In this document: piece by piece, positions 44,761 to 58,503 of the stretch
Layout of the letters: each line of letters begins with the position of its first letter
Position numbering within the stretch: the first letter of the stretch is position 1
Source: Phoronis australis
Lineage: Eukaryota; Animalia; Phoronida
Direction of reading: 5' to 3'
Assembly (NCBI GenBank): GCA_002633005.1
Contig: NMRA01000387.1
Coordinates: 55,658-119,657, forward strand
DNA length: 64,000 bases
Translations under genes and position numbers: made by a program
Notes under the pieces: model-generated
Seen by the model: only the letters and a program-made list of their open reading frames with translations
What the model was told of the DNA's origin: nothing
Databases searched by the model: none

Positions 44761-47700
44761 ACTGCTAAACCCTTCAGGTTTTTAGCTCCTCAATTCGGTT
44801 TTAACTATATATTAATAAAGCATAAAATGGTTCCAGGTGATCAGTGCAATGGGCCCACATGCGCTGCCTGCGCACGCCTGGTACAACGCGTATCAAACCG
44901 CCTGCAATTACTTTTTTATTGTGATGTTATCAACAAATTGAGTTGTAATGAAAGTAATTATAGGTTCGTTTTATGAAAAATAAAAATGAATTATTAACAT
45001 TGGTTTCATAATTTTCGCTTGGCGTTCTTCAAATTCACTGTGTGAACACAATTTATTAATTGAAAACATCTCTTGTAGTACTAGCCACTGCCTTTTGCTA
45101 GCATTAGCAATTTTAGGTTTAGTTAAACGAAAACTTTAAAGTAACATAATTGGTTTGAGAACGTTGCGAAACTGCATAAAAGTCATAGAAACATGCTCTC
45201 TGATACTTATTAAGAACTTTTCTTGTACTCTTGTTTTCTTAAAACGTGCTCGATCAAAACAAATGACTGTTACCCATAATGCTATGACGTTTGATCTTTG
45301 GGCAACTCGAGACATACGTTCAGCTGTTTCCGGCTCTGCTTCCAAGAAGAGAAGTTCGTTTTAGCTAGGTCAGGGTGTCTATCGAAACAGGAAACCCGGT
45401 ATAAAACAGATATCCCGGAGTCGAAAACAGACTGTCGCACTTTCAAAACAGCTAGCCAGGCCGAAAAACACGAACCCCGACCTTTAAAACAGGAAGCCCG
45501 GGTATCAGACAGGAAACCAGGTGACTGATACACCACTCACGCACTTTCTGTCTAACATTGTTTGATGAAAAATTTATTTTCATACTTTAAATAGTTGCTG
45601 TGATATGCTATGCAACTTATGATGGATTGACGTTCTATGATATTCTGCTGCTAAAGTTGAGGTGCAATCTTTTGCGTCGGCTGTCGGCGCCATGAAATAT
45701 TGCTTCCCCTATTGACCAGTTTCTTTTTACTCAAATTTTTCAATCAACTGTTCTTTTTCCGTGAGGTTGCAAACCTGTCACATCAAATTAATCAACAATG
45801 GCACCAGAAGGAAGAATTAATATTTTTGTTTACCGTATTTTAACATGTTTTTGGAGAAACTATTGAATAATGTGAAACTACCAAAATATTCAACGAGATA
45901 ACAATATTTTGCCAGTATAGATTAATTTTCCAACAGACAAGCTGTACGAGTTTTGCCGATAAAAAGCAAATAACAAAGTCAAATTAATATTAGTTACGTT
46001 TCATCCTATACGCGTTGAATCAGTCAAGGGAAATACCGCCATGTAATAATGTTTTCTGTATTTACCAATCGCACTACTTCCACGGTGACCTCTGACACGG
46101 AAAGTTCAAAAGGTGGTCAATGTCGACTCGACGTCGTTAGCCGGTTCGATCATCAAACTATCGAAAAATTGTAAGTAATACAATTGTAGCAGAGTAAATA
46201 ACATTCAACATACAATCAGGTCTCAATCGCAACATCTGGAACAGGACTGTTAGTCGGTGGGCCAGATCTCATAGCGTTCATCCTTGTGAGTACTTTGGGG
46301 GGGGGCAACCTAGTTTTTTCTATGTGGCTAGATAATATACCTATAAATCAAATTCCAAAAAGCTCCCACGTCTACACTTGCACATTTTTTTAAAAAAGGT
46401 GTTTTTGTTGCACAAAATATGATGCACATTCCTGCCACTTGATGGCGCTTTTCTATTGAATTGACCAATCAGAGAGCCAGATTGTATTGTTGTGCTTAGT
46501 TACTTCAATATGGCTGCTCCCATGGAGTGTGATGCCTGTATAATTCAAGGTTTATCAAACTGCACAAAATTGTGATGTCAGAGCCTAATTAAATGACAGT
46601 TCTGTCTCAGTTTTCAATTGGTAAATGTATGGTATATCGTCTGCAACTCAGGCTACGATTCCTCGGTAACTACAATATCAAATATTGTTGTTGTTTAACT
46701 AAATTTAGGAGATGTTACAACTTCAATGCACAGTTGCCGTTGTGTTCATCTTTGTAATATCTTTTTGGGTAATAACTCGTTATATTCAAAACTGTTTCCT
46801 TTGCTAGGGAAAACTTGCAGCCTAATGCGCAAGTACATACACATAGGACGTGATCCGTAACGTGAACAGTCTGAGTGAACTATTTAAAAAAATCTGAGGA
46901 AAAATGAAATAAACTTTTAAGTTAAAAGCATTCAAAGCCTATAGGATTAAGTACAAAGCCTACCTTGGTTGGCTTAGATGAAGTAATATCTCACTCGACA
47001 TTATAATTTCTCGTGGGATATTAATCCATCTACGCCACTCTCGGTACGTTTTGTGTATTTAGTATTGACAATTTTACCAAAGAAATGCCGAAAACACCTG
47101 GAAAGTACTTGAAGATGATTTAAATCAAAGTTTGAGGTTAGTGACAACGGTCCCAGAAAAAATGTCCGGGTTTCCTGTCCCATCCCTCACGGTTCTTGTT
47201 TTAAAGGTCAGGGCTGTTCAGCTGTTTTGAAGGCCCGGGAGTCTGTTTTTGACTTCGAAATATCTTGTTTTACCTTGCGGGGTTCCTGTTCCGATTGAAA
47301 CCAGTACTTAGGGAAATTACATACGGAATTTGAAGCACAGATGCTGTAGTCGAATAAAATCTGCATTATCTGTTGTGCCAGAAACTGGGTATAATGTTTT
47401 TGTGGTTGGATGGAGCCTAGTTGTCACTTGGTGGTCGTGGATTGGATTTCTACCTTCTGGAAATTTTTAGACTGGACTTGAATTACTAAATTATTAGTGT
47501 ATTTTCCCTACAATCATAAAAGCCCCGTCTGTCGTCAGAGAATCTACTTTAGTCAGTTCGCACAACCCAGTGGTTGAGCGATAACAACCTAAGATTGAAT
47601 GCCAGCAAAATTGGGTAGCATTCGTAGTTCCAAGCCTCCAGCGAGAAAACCAAAGCACGCAAAATCACGCGTGGGGGTCAACGAGTTTGACACCTATAAT

Positions 47701-49526
47701 TCAGTGGAGAAATCTGGTTCTCAAAATGCAAGACCCTGGGAGTGGTCATGCCATTATTAGAGGACAATATACTATGAATATGACCTCAAAAGTAAAGGGG
47801 AGTAGCAAATTTCGCTCTGATGAACCATTATTGGGAACAAATAAAACAGCACAAGAATAATATATATTTCAAGTTGAATTTGGAATTTCAGGGTCACAGC
47901 TCTACAAACAACTATTTCACAGAAGGAACCAGATGGGTTCCTTAATTACAAGAAATAACATACACGTTAACGATACCGAATGTGTAATTGAGTATCGGAT
48001 ACTAAGTGGCACATGTTAGTATAATACCAAATAGGTACACAGTACCAAATGGGTATTGGACGATTGCCTACCTAACGATTTTTCACTGATTTTTGTGAAT
48101 CAACTTGATTGCTCTAATCGTTAAATATAAAACGAGAAACTCGACACTGGAAAGTAAGAACGGCTTGAGAAAAACAAAGAAATTCGTGTTCGTAAAGAAT
48201 AGATAATGCGGAATCGATGCTAACATAACTGGACTTTAGTGTGTGTCCCTTTCCTTTTGTCTTCATTTGAATGAGATTTGTTCTTATTTGATGATTGCAC
48301 TCAGGTGCTTAAATGTTGGCAGCAAAGAAAAGCACCGCAATTACTTTAGTCCCGTTATTATTACTTCATATTATTTACAGACAGTGTATAGCAAAATTGG
48401 AAATTTACCGAGTGACATACATGTACTCACGCGCGCGTATGTCTACTTCTTTATTTCATATTACGACTGTATTGGTGTGGCGATGATTCCCATATATATA
48501 CCTGCACACCTGAAGAAAGGAGACTGTTCCGAAATTACGAAAGTACCAGTATCAAGCTCGTTAACAAAAATTCTAGTCGTGTCTGTAACGAAGTTTGTGT
48601 AAACGAAGGGCTACTACCGAACTATACAGATACCTGTGTGTTCGATTGAGAATGTCGAATCAATTCTATTATTCTTTGCTCGAGTGCATGGAAAATTCAT
48701 TATATGAAATGAATTCGAAATAGGATATCGCAGTAGTATCCCTGTGTATGTAGGATAACCTATTTATTGCACACATATGAACGTATTTCCATCACGGCGA
48801 TATCTTGTTGCCTTGTGCGTTGGCTTGTCGTTATGGGACGTCAAGCATGTATACGCGCCGGTAAAGATTTGTTTCATAACAAATTGATCAGAACTTTCAG
48901 TTCGTGAAATATACAAGTTAAAGTATCGAACCATTCAATAATATTAAAACTTTTCCCGAAACTTAGAAACTATCCATCCGGGAATGTCTTCAACTGAACA
49001 GTTGTGCTGCAGTGTGTCATTTTAGGTTCCATAAATTTCTGTCATTTAGATGTGTACTTGTATTGTAAATGTAGTGAAGGTAAATTTCGATACAGCTTTT
49101 CCATGCTTTCTATTGCTTATTAAACATTTTGTTTTAGACCACAGTCCTTTCAGTGCACGTGCATAACTTAATAAGTCATCGTAAACATGACAGTATTGAA
49201 ATTTTACCCAATATTCCCCAAACAATATTCGCCGTTAGGCTGCCATATATTCTGTCTCATAGGAATACAGGTCAAAAATGTCGACATAAATATTCTAATT
49301 AATACGAGTACGAGGACGCTTTTATTGAGAAAAAAATGATATCCAGCCCACACTGCTCAGAAGTTCGAAACAGCACCGCAGTTGACTTTCAGAAGAAATT
49401 TAGTTTTATGGAAGCGAAAGAAACTTATTGTACGCAGAAAAGCTATTTTCTAGTATCCATACTTCAGAATGTTATATAAAAAAATAATCTAACTTGATGA
49501 CAGAATGTGTATCACGATTTGTACTG

Positions 49527-49730
49527 TCATTGATAACCGACTTCCAGTCTTACAAAAAACAGTCCTTTGATCTTCCTACCAATATTATAAGAAAACCGAC
49601 ACCTTGTTGGAGCCACATCATAACAGCAGGGTAACAATCTAATTGCTGACACCCATGCACTTTTACCAATACCATCTAACTCAAAAACCATGTTATACAC
49701 AGCTTTACTCAATCTTACACGAATTAGCTT
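49527..49730 (-). mobile_element. Non-LTR retrotransposon (CR1/L2/RTEX-like) ORF2 C-terminal fragment
   Basis: RLSKAVYNMVFELDGIGKSAWVSAIRLL resembles the post-RT 'K.AY.ML..LD..GK..W...IR.LL' segment. Confidence 0.5.
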
Positions 49731-52700
49731 GAATAATTTTAACTAATATTTTATACATTTTAAAAACATTTGATGAACAATGGAAATGTATCACATTTAC
49801 CAAGAACAGCACAGTTGGTCGTTAAACTACTATTTTCAACCCTCAGCGTAGGTCTATATAATTAACAATCCCAGTGTTAGAAAATTCAACAGACTCGTGA
49901 CTATGGAGGAAAAAGATCTTATATGGTAAACATGTAAATATATTCATTCGCATCCAAGCAAAAGAGCTGACGTATTACCCTTAGTGTTTAACACTTACCT
50001 GTATTGTATTTGATGATTTGATTGTAACAAGGGCCGGATGCCTAGTTATTGAATACATATAGTAATATAGTAATATAATCTGCTTCAGAGCTGTGACAAA
50101 GCTGGCTGTTCGTTAGGTTTTTAACATATATATTTTTCTTACTACTTATTTGGAGAAAAAACACAAGGTATGCAGAATCATGAACTGAAACTACTAAAAC
50201 AAGAATAAGCAAATAAAAACCACACAGTAGTAATACTAATCATTGACGTATTTATGAGTGGAGATCAGGGGATTTATATCCCCTGAGCTCTGGCTAAACG
50301 CTTTTTGTAACACTAAATGAGTAACCCCCACCCTTCCTCCATCGATAAAATTAAGAATAAATTCATTTCTGATACTGATCTTGACTCAACAACGGCCATT
50401 TCAACAGTAATTTTTCGAATGCTTCTAAAACCTTTATAGTCAGCATCGTTTACTCGGATTGTTTTTGAGGATTTATTGGAATCCTCGAGCGTTTTCGCTT
50501 GCAAGAAGAATAGTGTAGAATATGTTGAACAGCATTGTGAGTTGCAGCGTAGCTGAGCAATGTTCAACATGTGATTAAGTTTTGATAACAGTTGAATTGT
50601 GAGAAGTCCTGCCTGTGTATACTAAGCTTTGCCCACACGACAGTAAGGCCAAGTATGAAGCGATCAGCTTTACTTAGGAACTATATGCATTCACATTTTG
50701 ATGAACTTGGAATAGTGAAATTTGTACGAACAGGGCTGTCCTTCCTAAGCTGTTTTTATTTTAGTGACGTATTTTGATTGACGAAACTCGTGTTTGTTCC
50801 AAACCGATAAAAATGTGGGAAAGAATATCCTTAAGAAAGCAGTGGACCGTATTTATTGATATAAAACCAGTCATGTTCAATCCGAATACTTATTAACTAC
50901 ATTTGAGTTTGATGTATTGTTGAAGGTTTCTTTTTTCATTATGGAGAAATGAAAGCTTAGGAAAACTTTATTTTCCCAAAGCTACACCCGCTGTCACGAA
51001 TAGTCATATTCTATGGAGTCGTGTTTCGACCGATGCCCCAAGGAAACTGGCATTTTGCTTGGGTACGACGAAGAAAATAAGAAACCACCTGTGTTCGTTT
51101 TATCATGTTGCTCAAGTTTAGTTACCTGTTATGAAGAAATTAATAACCTTTTTGAACATACCGCAGCAAGTTACTTATAACATGTTCAAATTGATAACTT
51201 CTTTGAGCATACCGCAGCAAGTTGAGCGTTCAAATGCTCATCAACCTCTAATTGATTTAGTTGTCAACAATTTCCCATTTTATTTTATAAAAAATATTGC
51301 TGAATGCTTATCTATTTCCTTAATCACACGATGTTTTTGTGATTTATGATACAAATGGATAGGTATGAAGCGCAAAAGTTTTTATCGTAATCTATTTTGC
51401 CCGGGGTACGCCACGAGCTATGTTGCAGAGTAAAACAAGAGGAGGATTGGGAATATTTGTCATTTATTATGACGTAATAGATAAAACTAACTAAGACTCT
51501 GCAAGATGGGCATGCACAAAACGCCATAATGGCAGCACGGGAATGCTGACATCGCCCATTTGCCTACCTTTGGTGTCTTCACAACAGCGAATGTCACGGT
51601 GAAATTCCGCCATTGCCGCCCTTTATTCGAGTATGGCCTTGCATTAGGCATCGTTTGTATCTAGAATGTTCCCATTTGGACTCAGTTTACATCACGCGTT
51701 GTACTTTTTCTTTTTTTTCAATATTTAATTCAATATTGTCATGGAATGATATTAGACAACCAATACTTTAATACTTTTTATAGTACTGAGCTATGTGGAA
51801 GTGGTAGAAAACTCGAGCTTGATGTTCGGGATGGTTACACTTTAAAGAAACTCTTTCCTCTTCATTTTAGTTAAAAACTTCATGAAACCGATTTTCACTA
51901 GTTCAGTCGAAGCTTTTACGACCAAATAGTGCTCACTCGAAACAACTCTAAATATTCACAAACTTTACTGAATTTGATATGAAATTTTCAGTTTTATTTT
52001 TTACTATTGGTGGTACACCACCGCCTAAAATGGCTGTTGTAGTGAGTCACATCTGGCTCCTGCATTATATGGGAACTCACTCAAGTGCCGCCATATCTAA
52101 CGAAGTTTCCGCTGAAGCCCGCCCATTTTTTAAAGACACTCTTTCGTTCACACTCACCATCTTAGAACACAAGTTTATCCACACGAGATATCGCTAAAAT
52201 TTGCACATTCCCTCTAACTTTAAGCTCTGTTTGTGTTTGCTTTATTTTACTATATTAGTGATATCTTTCTTGTGTTCTAAAATGATGAATGAAAAGAAAA
52301 AAGTGTCTTTAAGTGTTCCCATGATGCATCATTTCGCCTCGTGGACTTGTTTTCAGGATTTGTCGTATGTGACTGTGTTCTCAACAACATTTTGCGCACA
52401 TTTGCACACTTCATTTGTGTCAAATTGATTTTGACTGTCGAAACAGTAACAACACTGTGACAGTTGCCATCCATTCGATGGTTTTCGAGTGTTCAACGCA
52501 GACGTAGTCGTGCAGCAATCAAGTCGACCAAGTGCTTGACCATAACAACGTATTCTAATGAATTTGGATACTTTTGCCCTCTAAAAATGGAAACGTGGAC
52601 ATCGCTTTTTGGAGGGCAACAAGGTCATCCCATTAGGGAAAGTTGCGCACGTAAATTACGTTCCTGAGCTAAAGGGACATTCTCGACGAGAAAAATATTT

Positions 52701-53948
52701 TTACAGAAATTAGCTGTCGCGCTAAATCAAACGCACTAACTCCGGCATAGTAATCGAACTCACTACCAATGAGCCAATCAAGGGTGTTTAAATAGTACAG
52801 GCACAGGCTTTGATTTCAAAGAATTTCTGGCAGACAACGGCGAGAATTGGTGATTTGTAATAAAATCAAAACACGTAACAGATTTTGTAGCTTCAGAGCT
52901 CTCATAGCCAATAACTTAAAGAACTGTATTCCATTCAAAAGCTATCCCAAAATGAAGTTAATCGGCCGCAAAAACGAAGTTGTCCTTCAGGCACTTAAAT
53001 TAATTATTAACGGTGAAGATTAATTCTTAATGGCGTAAGTTATTTTCGTGTAAATTGATTAATTACGTTACTAGTTATTGTAAACTTAGTCCTTGTGATG
53101 GTGTCCCTTTATTTGCTTTTTGCAATTATAACCTTTTATTGGAGAGAACCTGTGATACTAGTGATTCCCTAGTTTTGAGGAGAACACGAAAATTTTGTAA
53201 ACCTGTTCGCATTTGATCAGAAATAATTCATGTTATAAATATGTATCCTGTTTCACCTGATATGAAAGTTTCATTGCCGAACCCAGTTACTGATACAGCC
53301 TAGCATTTCTTGTTCCTTGCTGCTGGTAAGCCAAGCTTCCACGGAATTTTGAAATGCAGAAGTCCAACAACCATCTGCTTGTTTACTGTTTTTAATATCT
53401 CCATTTATTTTTAATACAGTATCAATAGACCAAAACTTTGCGTTCAAGGAGAAGGAAGTTTTGCCAATTGGTGTTGTGATTTGTGAAAATCTGAACCTGA
53501 ACTTGGCAGGTTAACTTATAGCTCAATGCATTATAGTCCAGGCTGACTGTATGTAGGCTCCGTTTACACAATGAAAATAACGCCACCACGAAAGGGCAAA
53601 ATGTGACTTCAGAAATCACTCAGGTGTTTTCCCGAAATCACGGTCCTACCAAATAACCGTAACAATAATAACTGGTTTATAAAGATAATAAGCCGGGCCA
53701 TTTTTATCATGTGTTTCTTAGAAAAATATTTGCAATCCCTGCTGCCAGAGAAATGTTGTTAAACATTACATTTTGATAATTAGTTATTGCATTAATAGTA
53801 ACCAAGTGCATTGTGATATCACGAGAACATCAATGATTTATTATAGGGACATCAATTAAGGTCTATATAAATTGTGCGTTCATTCATCTTGGTGAAATAT
53901 TTTAAAAACGAGTACTTTAATTCTATTTTGCAATCATCATTGAAATCT

Positions 53949-54180
53949 CATGCGTGCATTCAGGGTGGGGGCTCGGGGGCACGAACTTGACCCCCCCCCT
54001 CCCCATTTGGCGAAGTAGGCAAAAATGACCGCCTCAGAGAAACAGAAAAAGGGACAAAAGTCCGCTAAAAAGGCAGGAACAACCAGAATTCATAGCTCTG
54101 AACGTACTCGGTGAATCTTAATAAAAGGTCAACATTCTCAAAAATTCGAGCCACCTATTTTTAGGCTGGGTGCGCGCATG
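53949..54180. mobile_element. hAT-like MITE with 5-bp TSD
   Basis: TIR CATGCGTGCATTCAG / CTGGGTGCGCGCATG; flanks AATCT / AATTT (4/5). Confidence 0.7.
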
Positions 54181-54558
54181 AATTTTAGCAACGCAGACAC
54201 TTAAGCACAAATTGTCTCATTAGCGCTTTAATAATTTTCAACAATTCACAAGATTTTAAACTGTACAGCGCACTGGGAAAGAAAAATCCATATAACAGTG
54301 AGATTGAAGTAAATATTGAAACTCTCTACCATGAAAACGATTTTATTTTATTCAAACATGTTTGTGTTAACCTATGGTAGTGCGCAAAATGTAAAATTTT
54401 GGTTAATTTATGCACTTGATTTATAGTCAAATTGCAGTTGCTCTTGAAACCAGGCTGCATGTACTTTCGGCTATCATGTATTAATGTAATTGTCAAAAGT
54501 GAAAAACAAAAGAAGTAAATTGTTGGCCCAACTTGCCTGAGGTAAAAATTTCAAAGAG

Positions 54559-54815
54559 AGGCCAGTGTGGTCTAGTGATAAAGCATTCGGTTTCCAAATC
54601 TAGAGAGTCGTGAGTTCGAATACCAGTAGACCACACTGGTGGACCCTTGAACCAGATGTCTCCTTCCTCAGCGCTGCATAAACTGCGTGTGTGCGTCCGT
54701 ATTCGTGCCAAACTAGTTGGTGCAGACTCACAAGTTGTCAATTTGCACGACATGCTATTAAGATAACATGACTTATTAGGCCTACGTGTGCTTTGTGATG
54801 TAAAATTAAAATTAA
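54559..54815 (+). mobile_element. Full-length tRNA-derived SINE
   Basis: A box TGGTCTAGTGA, B box GAGTTCGAATACC, (TAAAAT)n tail, candidate TSD AAAGAG (54553-54558, 54816-54821). Confidence 0.75.
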
Positions 54816-55158
54816 AAAGAGCAAAATTACATATTTAGCGACGGTATGTGGTGATAAATGAATTGACGCGTGATTAACGACATCTTATTATCATTAAATT
54901 TCCATATTGTGCTTTAGAGGGTGCGTCATCATCACCATAGTGTAAGTAGTTCAACTACGTCCAATGTCATAACGGACTTCGCCCATGTTTGAATCAGTTA
55001 CAAGGCATCGAACTTTTGAACAGCTGCCTCAGTCAGTTATCAGGTCGACAGATTACATTAAAACTGTATTTAAACCACTTTCCAGTTCACCGACAAGGTG
55101 TTTAAAGTCACAAATTACTGAGCCCAGCAGGCTCAATTCCCATTGCGTTTTGCCCTGA

Positions 55159-55238
55159 CTACTCGCACACGTGGCTGTAGATTTCGTCACGGCAGGACTT
55201 CCCCTTGGGACACGTGACATTTATACAATCGTCGTCAT
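55159..55238 (-). CDS. Secreted-protein gene, exon 6 (terminal; truncated EGF-like DDDDCINVTCPKGKSCRDEIYSHVCE*)
   Basis: Strong acceptor TTCTTTTTTTCATTGCAG, phase-1 compatible with exon 5, TAG at 55159-55161. Confidence 0.75.
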
Positions 55239-56274
55239 CTGCAATGAAAAAAAGAATATTTTGCAACACTTCTTGCAAACCTATATAATGGCGTCTAACT
55301 TAACGTCTGTCTTTATGTCCTTGATCTCTTAAAATCATCACCCAATATCAGGCTCGGACTGCCAATAAGAAGGACGGAAAACCCTCAAATGCGAGAGACG
55401 GGCCCAAAAATGTTAAGGGAGGGCGAGAAACCGTTCGTGAAGCGGATGAAGGCACATTTGTTCTCATTTGCGCTGTAAGATCGCGTTGATGAAAGTCACT
55501 GCTGTGCTGCGTGTCAAAAGCAAAACCCATTCATTTCCTTATCAAAGTACTAACGGTGTACACCCACAGGAAAAATTAGAAAATTCGGTTTCATGTAAAA
55601 ATAAATTCGCGTCTAGAAGGGTGCTTTATTCAATTCTTTTCCAACACAGTTGCTCGGTATTGCCATAAAGGTTAACTTTAGAAACGTATATCAAGTGCAA
55701 GTTTAATTCAAGTGCCGAAAATCTAACAACGACGCTACATTCACAACACCATCCGTCCTTCGTTGTCCTTGGTATTTTTGTTTCAAAAGGGACCTGTCCA
55801 AACAGCGGGCAGACCAAAGAGCAAATCCCTCATTGGATGATAAGCAGACAGAAAGACATAAAAACAAATGCGAATAATTTCAATATTTCGGTTCAGTTGA
55901 CAGAAGAAGGATTATAATTATAATAAATGGCACTGCCGGTTAATGCACTAATTTTTTATGAGGTTTAGTGCTGTAGTGGGGCGTAGGCGCACGTAGGCGC
56001 AGCCAACCACGTTTTGGCATTTGAACGTAGCGCCTACGCACCGTATGTTACGTTCAGTGCTCAAGGTGATACAGTGGGCTTTGAGTGTCTGCTTACCTCT
56101 ATTTTTACCACTACAGCACTGATGAGGTTCACTACTGACAAATTAAGCTTTCTGGATGTCACTGAGCTGATGTCTTATGTTTGACATAGCAAGTGAAACA
56201 TCCCGACCACGATGCTAATATAATTTTTTCATCTTGCATTTCGCAAAAGATCGTTTTGTGGCTCTGTAGCATTA

Positions 56275-56303
56275 TCATTTCTTATAAATTGCACTTTGGA
56301 TAC
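56275..56303 (-). CDS. Possible alternative terminal exon (GIQSAIYKK*)
   Basis: Acceptor ATTCATTTCAG 68 nt after the exon-5 donor, in phase, ending in TGA. Confidence 0.3.
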
Positions 56304-56371
56304 CTGAAATGAATATGAAGTGCATATGGTCATTTCTGGATAAACAAACGCATCGTTGTCGCTTCAGTTAC

Positions 56372-56611
56372 CTCTAAAATATAACGTCAATCCATTGGCG
56401 TTGTTGGGAGAATGACATCCCGGGTCATACAGTAAGTCAACGCCGTATGAATATTCGACTCCATACTGGGTGGAGAAAGTAGTTCCGCACATGCCGTGCC
56501 CCATACTGAGCGAAGTCTTGCAATCACAGCCGTCATCGTCAATCATGAAGGACATGACACCGTGTTCTTTGCGATACTGGACACTGTCTTGGGCAATGGG
56601 AGGCCCGTTTC
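56372..56611 (-). CDS. Secreted-protein gene, exon 5
   Basis: CTCTTTAG|...|GTAACT, 240 nt, open: NGPPIAQDSVQYRKEHGVMSFMIDDDGCDCKTSLSMGHGMCGTTFSTQYGVEYSYGVDLLYDPGCHSPNNANGLTLYFR. Confidence 0.88.
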
Positions 56612-57614
56612 CTAAAGAGGTGTAAATGTTCCGGAAATTAAAATTTCGTAAGTTAAATTCTGTTTAAATGTCAATTAATATGACATTAAGCACATCACTA
56701 ACAAAATAATTACCAAAAATTACACACTTTTCAAAGACAGGTGTCTTTCCTGCAAATAACTTATCCAAATGTGGTTTTATGGCATCTATATCGTTCAAAC
56801 CAAGTTTAGAATTTAATTAATCTTTACTTCTATTAAAAAATTTGGCAAAACAAAAGTCCACTTGTCCACCATATCGTGCGCTAAATACGTGAAGTATTGT
56901 CTTGAATGAAACGCCAACATAATTATGAGTTTGGTGCTGTTAATACTTTCTGTACACCCTTCCCTAACAAGCAATGTACAGGAGTGCAGAAGCGGTTTCA
57001 GAGGAGGTCCACGAGTCCGAAGACCCTAAAAGAATTGCTTTTTTGCTTCCGTGGATAAACACAAAAGTGTCCCTATACCTGTCCGTTGTGTGAGTCCCTG
57101 AAACTATCAGTGCTGAGCTAAAATAGGCAGTTTTCACGTCGTTGCTGTCATTGACTTCTTATGTGGGTACGCAGAAGTGGAATTTGGACCCGAGGGGGGG
57201 CAAACATTTTAAAAGTGTCCCGAAACGTTGGTGCGACGACGTTGGATGAAATACGCTCGATCAGTTTCCCCCAAAGTCAGTCGCTGGAACGTCGAAGCCC
57301 GGTCGAAGGTGCTTCGAGTAGCTCTTGATATCTCAGTTTAGTTTTTTGCGAGTCAACAATTTCGTGAGGGATTGGCAACCCATACAGGGAAGGGAGTAAA
57401 ATATGTTCGTAGAAATCGCAACCAGGCGTTGCGGAAAGAGAAAGCAAGGCCGCCATGCGACTCAGGCGAGGAAACTGCGAACTCTTGCGACCAGTTAGAA
57501 AAGTTTTGTAAAATTCAGTCCTCGTGCGTCGTTCAATTTCATCTTGAGATACTGGCTTCATGCACACAGGTTTTTTTCTATGCTTATTAATGTTACACGA
57601 TTATACCCGTTTAC

Positions 57615-57727
57615 CTTTGACAACTTTTGGCATCCAAGTGCTGGCGTGTACAAGACGGACTGTAGTGTGATCGTGTAACGCTTGCCAGGTGGCGTGAGCG
57701 ACATTGTTTGCCGAGCTGAACTTCCAC
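57615..57727 (-). CDS. Secreted-protein gene, exon 4
   Basis: ATTTCAG|...|GTAAAC, 113 nt, phase 2->1: WKFSSANNVAHATWQALHDHTTVRLVHASTWMPKVVK. Confidence 0.88.
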
Positions 57728-58329
57728 CTGAAATCCACGAGTAGTGAAATCAGACGCATCGACGAGTCATAAAGTGAAAAAAACACTTGTGTACGTACAC
57801 CGGCAAACAGTGTCCTAAAAACGCATCCACAAATACTCCGCAATACGACGTGTCGGGAAATGGATTTTACTGGTCTTTCTTATTCCAGGAGTCCCAAAAT
57901 TTATTTTGCAAAGCACATGAGTTAAGAAAAATTCTTCCAAACAGGCTGTGGGAGTTATCATGGAATGAGAAACACGCCATTAGTTTTCAATAAGACCCTT
58001 TCCAGATATTCATATCAGTCTCAGTGCGCCCACATGTATGAACACTTTCAGAAAAATCCTAACGTAATAACTTTGCTGTGAAAAACAGTATTGTGTATTT
58101 TCTGTATGGGGATGCAGACGCTAAGTCAGAAGAGGAAAGCCACGTTTTGTTCGCAAAAATGAATTCGACAGAAAAGATCAGCGTATCCACGGCAGTCGAC
58201 ACAAAAGAAAGACTATAGCCGAAGTCTAAATTAGTTACTGTTGTAAAAAGTGGGGTGCATTTTACTGCAACTATAAACGACTGTGTGATGGTTTTAAAAA
58301 TCGTCCATGACGACGTAAACGATACAAAC

Positions 58330-58444
58330 CTATAAACGTTGCCCGCTGAATCCTCACCCAGCATTTCACTGAGATTCTCTTTTAAAATGGCGGGAAGCCT
58401 GCCAAAACAGAAGGCTGCACCCGCATCACACGATCCATATTCAT
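58330..58444 (-). CDS. Secreted-protein gene, exon 3
   Basis: TTTGCAG|...|GTTTGT, 115 nt, phase 1->2: DEYGSCDAGAAFCFGRLPAILKENLSEMLGEDSAGNVYR. Confidence 0.88.
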
Positions 58445-58503
58445 CTGCAAATTTAAAGAATGTATTAACATGTTGAACGATGTTAGTTAGTTCAATTACT
58501 TAA

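Noticed and set aside
50265-50286. Short palindrome TCAGGGGATTTATATCCCCTGA
   Set aside because: Probably a collapsed MITE remnant; too short to interpret.
51842-52940. Several TTAAAG-initiated Kolobok-like left ends (51842, ~52130, ~52917; also ~62405)
   Set aside because: No matching right TIR/TTAA could be paired by eye.
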